DNA from: a bacterium
GTDB taxonomy: Bacteria > UBA8248
Assembly: GCA_965261085.1 (NCBI GenBank)
Contig: OZ253442.1
Location: forward strand, 2,432,001-2,496,000
Reading direction: 5' to 3'
DNA: 64,000 nucleotides
The notes under the pieces are model-generated. The model had not been told where the DNA came from, searched no databases, and worked only from the letters and a program-made list of their open reading frames with translations. Positions 59,064 to 64,000 of this stretch are shown here, piece by piece. Each line of letters begins with the position of its first letter. Within the stretch, counting starts at the first letter, position 1. The position numbers were made by a program, and so were the translations under genes.

Positions 59064-61919
59064 CTACATCCCGATCCCGCGCGACGCCGAGCCCTTCTCC
59101 GTCCCCGGCGTCCGCCCCCTGGACTCTCGCGCGGAGTCCTCCCGGTCGAGATCGCGGGTCATTTTCGGTCCGGCCTCGGGCGCCTTCTCCGGCGCGATCG
59201 CCTCGAGGGCCGCGATACGCTCCCCGGTCGTAGCCTCGAGCCGCTCCCGCAGTACCTTTGCATCGTCGGTCACGAGTTCCGCCCGGTCCCGGGCGCGGCT
59301 GATCTCCACGTAGAGCGTCTTCTGGTTGGTGAGATTGGGGTGGTTCGCCTCCATCGCGGCGATGACCGTATCCACCGTCCGGCCCTGGAAGGCGTGCACG
59401 GTCGAGGCCCAGGCGCGGTCGATATGGCGCAGTTGGGGATCGCCGGAAGTCATGTCGAGGGTGCGCCCGTCCTCGAGGCGGAAGCTCACGCGACCCTCTT
59501 TCACGCTTGACACCTCGGCGGTCTGGCTGTTGACCAGGCCGAGGTCCTTATCGTTGCGGGTCCAGCGGACCCGGTCGCCCCGGCGAAGTTCCATTTGCTC
59601 GACCCTGTAGACCTCGACCCCGCCGCTTCGCGCCGCGAGACGACCCGGCGCCCAGAGGACCGAGCGCCCGTCTTTGCTCTCGAGCCTTACCGCGCCGTCC
59701 GCGTGATCGACGCCTGATACGCGAAGTTCATCTCCCTTCTCTACGTCGAGACGCTTGTAGGGACGGTGGAAGGCCACCACGTCGCCAGGTGCGTAGTTCG
59801 CGGATAACGATTTCTCGGCGTGGGTGTAGCCGCGGGAGACGAGTCGTTCGGACTTCATGGCCGGGCCATGGACTACGCCGTCCCTGATCAGGCGCTCGCG
59901 CACGATGGCATTGATTTGCTCACGGATCGCATGGCTCGGCGCCATCAGTCCGGCCTTGGCGCGCGCCTCTGGGGAAAGCCCGAGCCAGCGCGCGGCGGCG
60001 GCGCCCGCAAGGTTGTCCGGTCTCACTTCGGCGACGTTGGAACCGAGCTTCTCAAAAGCGCGCTTCACGTCGCCGGCGAGGCTCGCCTCGACCGCGGCTT
60101 TGAGCTCCGGGTCGCGCTGGCGCATGATCTCTTTCATGACCGCAGTCTTCATGCCCGCTCCTTGTAGCTGCGCGAACGGCTTGCCGGCGTCCACGGCGTC
60201 GAGTTGTTTCGCATCGCCGACCAGCACGACCCGGGGCAATCGCAACACGTCCGTGATCTTGAGCAGTTCGCGGACCTCGCGCGTGGAGGCGAGGGAACCC
60301 TCGTCCACCACGAGGGCGGTCTTCCTGTAAGCCGCGCGCATTTGCTTCTGGGTCTTTTTCGTGAGGCGGCCCTGGGCTAGACCTGCGTTGCGCGCGAGGA
60401 AGCGCTGCAGCGTCTCGCTCGGGATCCCGGCTTCGGCTTCCAGTGTCCGCGCGGCCGATGCCGAGGGCGCGAGACCCTTGACCTCGTAGCCGCGCTTCTC
60501 CAGAAGTGCGCGGGCGCGGTTCAGCATGGTGGTCTTGCCGGTCCCGGCGTAGCCCTGCACACCGACGGTGCGGTCATATTCTGAGAGAATGAGTTTGACC
60601 GCGTCCCTCTGGCCCACTGTGAGCGGACCTTTTCGGAGCGCCTTGTCCACGGCGCGGGCGCGCATCGCGGGAGAACCCCGTCCCCGGCCGGCCTCGAGCA
60701 GGGCGATCGTCTCGCGCTCTGCGGCAACGGCCCTGTCCGTGGTGAGTACGTCCTTCGCTCCGGGCAAGTCCGCAGCGTGCAGGGTTCCCGCCTTCTCCAG
60801 CCTGGCGACTTCGCGTTCGGCCTCCGCCATCGATACGGCGCCCGGGTCCCAGGCGAGCGCGCCGGCGAGGAGACTGGCGCGGGAGAAGACCGCCTCGCGC
60901 TCGGCGAGATGCGCCACGGCCCATTCCACGGCTTCGCGGGCGGGTCCGGCAGTCTCGTCCGCGCCCCGTCCTGCGTCCCTGGATACGGCGCCCCTCGACA
61001 TGGCTTCGGCGGCGAGGGTTTTAGGGTCGAAGCCCAGGTCTGCGGCTTGCTTCTCCCAGGTGGCTCTGAGAGTCGTCTTGTCGACCTCGCGCTTGCGCGC
61101 CCGGGTCATGAGCGCCGCGCGCTGGGCCAAGCGCTGGTTCTCCGCCGTCGCGCCCGCGCCCCGCTCCGCCACCGCCGCCTCGATCTCAGCCCTTCGGGTC
61201 GAGAACGCCTCGATCACGTTGCGCGGTACGCCCGCGATCTCGAAGCGCCCGTCGGCGTGGGTCTTTTCTGTCCTGTAGCCGAACACCTCGAGTTCGCGCG
61301 CTAGTTCGCTCCGGTAGGCGGCGCCGATCAGCATCTTGTGAGCATAGAGTTTTTCGTTGGACATGGCGCGCCACTTGCCGTCAGCACCCCGGACCATGTT
61401 GGCGATCACCGAGTGGGTGTGGAGCAGGGGGTCCATGTTGCGCGAGGCGTCGTGCCGGAAGGTCGCGACGACGCTCTTCTGATCGCCTGCACGGACGATC
61501 CCTCCTGTCCTGGGGTCGCTCATGCGGGTCTCGGCGACGTTCCTCTCGACCCACGTGAGAGTGCGCGCGACGGCCGCATCATGCGCCTTTATCACGCGCG
61601 CGTCGCCTCCCACGAGTGCGAGAAGGGAAACGGATTTAGGGGCCGAGAAGGTGAGGTCGCGTCCGGGCCGGTGATGGATGCCGCCGTCCTTGCCCCGGCG
61701 GCCGAGCCTGCGGCCGGAGCCGTCGGGCACCTCTCCTTCCAACACCGCGCGGAAGACGTCCGGGTCGACCGGGCCCGAGAGGCCGAGTTCCTCGGCGCCC
61801 TTTCCCGCCCAGGCGCTCGCCTCCTTATGCGCCGGGTCGTCCTTCGCGTAGTAGCCGTCCCGCTCGTAATAGGACGCGCCCTGCGCGGGAGCGGCGACGG
61901 CGCCGATCGATGCGACCAT
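59064..61919 (-). CDS. MOBF conjugative relaxase-helicase (TrwC/TraI-like)
   Basis: YYERDGYY, DLTFSAPKS, HDASRNMDPLLHTH, Walker A GYAGTGKT, DEGS, and the C-terminal YVEISRAR. Confidence 0.95.
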   Translation of the reverse strand: MVASIGAVAAPAQGASYYERDGYYAKDDPAHKEASAWAGKGAEELGLSGPVDPDVFRAVLEGEVPDGSGRRLGRRGKDGGIHHRPGRDLTFSAPKSVSLLALVGGDARVIKAHDAAVARTLTWVERNVAETRMSDPRTGGIVRAGDQKSVVATFRHDASRNMDPLLHTHSVIANMVRGADGKWRAMSNEKLYAHKMLIGAAYRSELARELEVFGYRTEKTHADGRFEIAGVPRNVIEAFSTRRAEIEAAVAERGAGATAENQRLAQRAALMTRARKREVDKTTLRATWEKQAADLGFDPKTLAAEAMSRGAVSRDAGRGADETAGPAREAVEWAVAHLAEREAVFSRASLLAGALAWDPGAVSMAEAEREVARLEKAGTLHAADLPGAKDVLTTDRAVAAERETIALLEAGRGRGSPAMRARAVDKALRKGPLTVGQRDAVKLILSEYDRTVGVQGYAGTGKTTMLNRARALLEKRGYEVKGLAPSASAARTLEAEAGIPSETLQRFLARNAGLAQGRLTKKTQKQMRAAYRKTALVVDEGSLASTREVRELLKITDVLRLPRVVLVGDAKQLDAVDAGKPFAQLQGAGMKTAVMKEIMRQRDPELKAAVEASLAGDVKRAFEKLGSNVAEVRPDNLAGAAAARWLGLSPEARAKAGLMAPSHAIREQINAIVRERLIRDGVVHGPAMKSERLVSRGYTHAEKSLSANYAPGDVVAFHRPYKRLDVEKGDELRVSGVDHADGAVRLESKDGRSVLWAPGRLAARSGGVEVYRVEQMELRRGDRVRWTRNDKDLGLVNSQTAEVSSVKEGRVSFRLEDGRTLDMTSGDPQLRHIDRAWASTVHAFQGRTVDTVIAAMEANHPNLTNQKTLYVEISRARDRAELVTDDAKVLRERLEATTGERIAALEAIAPEKAPEAGPKMTRDLDREDSARESRGRTPGTEKGSASRGIGM

Positions 61920-63869
61920 TTAATAATTCCTGAGATGGTCTTGATACGGCTCCCGTTGCGGCTCCTCGCACCCGGACGCCTCGTTACCGCTTATCTCCCG
62001 AAGCGGGAGGGCAGAAGCGCCTTCGGCGCCTGTTCCACCCTCATCGCTTGGATCCGTTTCCTCATTCCGGGGATCGACCCCGGTTTCCTGCGCCACGGCC
62101 TCCGCGCCTCCCCCCTCGGGGAGGGAAGCATCGTCTCTCGGCACGAAGCTATCGGCCGCCTTGGGCCTTTTCACGTAGGGAAGCCTGATCCGGGCCACGG
62201 GCCAGGGGCCGGGGAATTTGAGGTAGCCGCATAAATTCTCGAGGCGCATGATCTCGGACGGCAGGGCCAGGGGCCGCATCTCGCGGCGCTGGGTGAGCGA
62301 GACCCCGTCCCGCATCGCGCTCGCTCCGTAGCTCAGGCCCTGCGCGTATTCCGTGACCTCGCCGCGTCCCAGGCTCTCGGCCGACCAGCGCGCGGTCTCC
62401 TGATCAGGCGCCGCCAGCACCACCCGGGTGCCGCACAGCCCCGATACGGTCTCGGCGCCGTTTCGCCCATACAAATCGCGCAGGGCGGAGAACACCTGGA
62501 TCCCGAGCACGAAACAGCCGCCGAACTGGCGCGATTCGGCGAGTCCGGGCTGGAGACTCGGCACCTGGTGTAAGGTGGGAAGTTCGTCGAGCACCACCCA
62601 GACCCTGCGCGCGTCGTCCCGGCCGAGGGATAAGAGCGCGTTGACGGCGATTTCGAGCCAGGTGGAGATGAGACCTCTCAAGCTCGCGTGCTGGTCGCCG
62701 CGTGAGGTCAGGAACAGGAAGCCTGATTCATCCTCGCGTTCCACCCACTCTCTTATCGAGAAGGGTGCGCCCGTGTCGGGCAGGAACTCGAGCGCGCTCA
62801 AATGCGCGGTCAGCATGGCGCGTACCGAGAGTGCGGTCTTCGGGTTTTCCGGGTCCACGATGGACTGGGCCACCGTGCCCTCCATGGCCTGGGCCAGGGC
62901 GGTGAGTTCGGTCTTGAGCAGGTGATCGACCAGCACCCGGTTCTCGGTCACGCCCCGTTTCCAGAGGACGCCGGCGCCGTTTGAGAACAGCTGCCGCGCG
63001 GCCGTGACCCAGAAGGGGTCCACCGTGTCCTTCTGCTGGGGGATAAGAGCGGCGGCCATCGTGTCGAAGTCACGCGGCGTCCTCGCCTCGAAAAAAGGCG
63101 ACCAGCGCGGCGCCCGGGCGTCGAGTGGATTCATCAGAACGTCGCGGGCGGGGTCGAAGAAGGCCCCCGTATAGCTTCCCATCTTGTCGTAGAGGATGCA
63201 GCGCTCGCCCCGGGCGCGGATTTGGGCGACCAAGTCCGAGATCAGGACGGTCTTGCCCGAACCGGTGGTGCCCGAGACGATGGTGTGCTGGGTCTCGGCG
63301 CGCGCGGGCCAGGGGATCCCTGCGATGCGGCAAGACGCCCGTCGAGCGGCCGGGAGCAAGGCTTCGGCCAGGCGGGAGGAGAGAGGCTGCACGCGCCTCC
63401 CGAGCGCACCGGCGGATGTCATCTCGGCGCCCCGGACCCTCTGCGCGCGGGCCAGGCGCCGGCCCAGGAGCCAGAAGATGCCCGCGCAGAGGACGCCGCC
63501 GCCCAGGCCGATCCACAGCCCCAGCCACGCCCCGGCGTAGACGGTCGCGAGCAGGCGCCTCCTGATCCGCTCGATCCGGGGGTCAGCCGCGATGAGGGCG
63601 ATCCGCTCGCTCGTCCGCTCGCCTTCTCGCCACTCGTAAGCCTGGCCCGAATCGGGAGAATATCCCAGGCCGAGCTTGGCCTCGGCCAAGACGCCCAGGC
63701 CTACGACCCGCCACTCGTGGGCGCTCGTCGTGGTGAATACCGATACGGCGGGGACCAGAACGATCGTCAGGAGGAGTCCTATAATCCCCCAGCGGACGAG
63801 CTGGCCCCACATATGGACGTCGTGCAGGAGGGTCTGGCCTCCTCTCAAGGTTGCGTTTCCGAAGGTCAT
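61920..63869 (-). CDS. traD: Type IV coupling protein (TraD/TrwB-like)
   Basis: Two N-terminal TM segments, GTTGSGKT, NPLDAR, LDELPTL and ESRQFGG. It abuts the relaxase. Confidence 0.92.
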   Translation of the reverse strand: MTFGNATLRGGQTLLHDVHMWGQLVRWGIIGLLLTIVLVPAVSVFTTTSAHEWRVVGLGVLAEAKLGLGYSPDSGQAYEWREGERTSERIALIAADPRIERIRRRLLATVYAGAWLGLWIGLGGGVLCAGIFWLLGRRLARAQRVRGAEMTSAGALGRRVQPLSSRLAEALLPAARRASCRIAGIPWPARAETQHTIVSGTTGSGKTVLISDLVAQIRARGERCILYDKMGSYTGAFFDPARDVLMNPLDARAPRWSPFFEARTPRDFDTMAAALIPQQKDTVDPFWVTAARQLFSNGAGVLWKRGVTENRVLVDHLLKTELTALAQAMEGTVAQSIVDPENPKTALSVRAMLTAHLSALEFLPDTGAPFSIREWVEREDESGFLFLTSRGDQHASLRGLISTWLEIAVNALLSLGRDDARRVWVVLDELPTLHQVPSLQPGLAESRQFGGCFVLGIQVFSALRDLYGRNGAETVSGLCGTRVVLAAPDQETARWSAESLGRGEVTEYAQGLSYGASAMRDGVSLTQRREMRPLALPSEIMRLENLCGYLKFPGPWPVARIRLPYVKRPKAADSFVPRDDASLPEGGGAEAVAQETGVDPRNEETDPSDEGGTGAEGASALPLREISGNEASGCEEPQREPYQDHLRNY

Positions 63870-64000
63870 CGTGTCCTCCCGTTCGAGGTTGTGTGGACGG
63901 CTGCGCTCCGGGCGCCGCTTTGTCGTATTGCGCCGGTCAAGAGGCGGAGGAAGACGGGGGCGGAAGGCGCGGGAGCAGGTTCCGGAGAGAGTTTATGGCA

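Overview
This bacterial accessory region is probably part of a conjugative or mobilisable genomic island. It has no rRNA, tRNA or CRISPR array that I can see. The left ~39 kb is an AT-richer defence-island-like mosaic. It holds an N6-adenine MTase/type ISP-IIG-like gene with a PLD-SNF2 helicase, an IS3/IS256 chimera, an HNH nuclease, a DUF4238/SEC-C protein, a QueC-ImmA-PIN operon, a CapH/CapP-like pair facing a ubiquitin-like (Ubl/E2-E1/DUF6527) operon, YaaC, AbiEi/AbiEii, PIN, HEPN-like and RecB-like nucleases, and an Mre11/Rad50-like pair. The right ~25 kb is GC-rich. It holds a type I secretion system with a large PPC/cadherin repeat protein, S24 peptidase paralogues, a lone aapJ, LysR, D-cysteine desulfhydrase, a MOBF relaxase and a TraD coupling protein. 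The most striking unexplained structure is a dispersed intergenic element of fixed length (178-179 bp; one copy 187 bp) present nine times, always in the same orientation, between 10.7 and 54.0 kb. It has a sharp left edge (CCGAC), conserved boxes (ATGCGCGGGAGTT, CGCTT.CGTTTTGATTAC), an IHF-like central box and a nested inverted repeat (TCGCCCGCTT...AAGCGGGCGA). The copies split the island into functional modules and often abut truncated genes. This suggests an integron-like or tandem-att gene-capture array whose recombinase is not in the window. All family assignments come from motif recognition by eye, not database searches.
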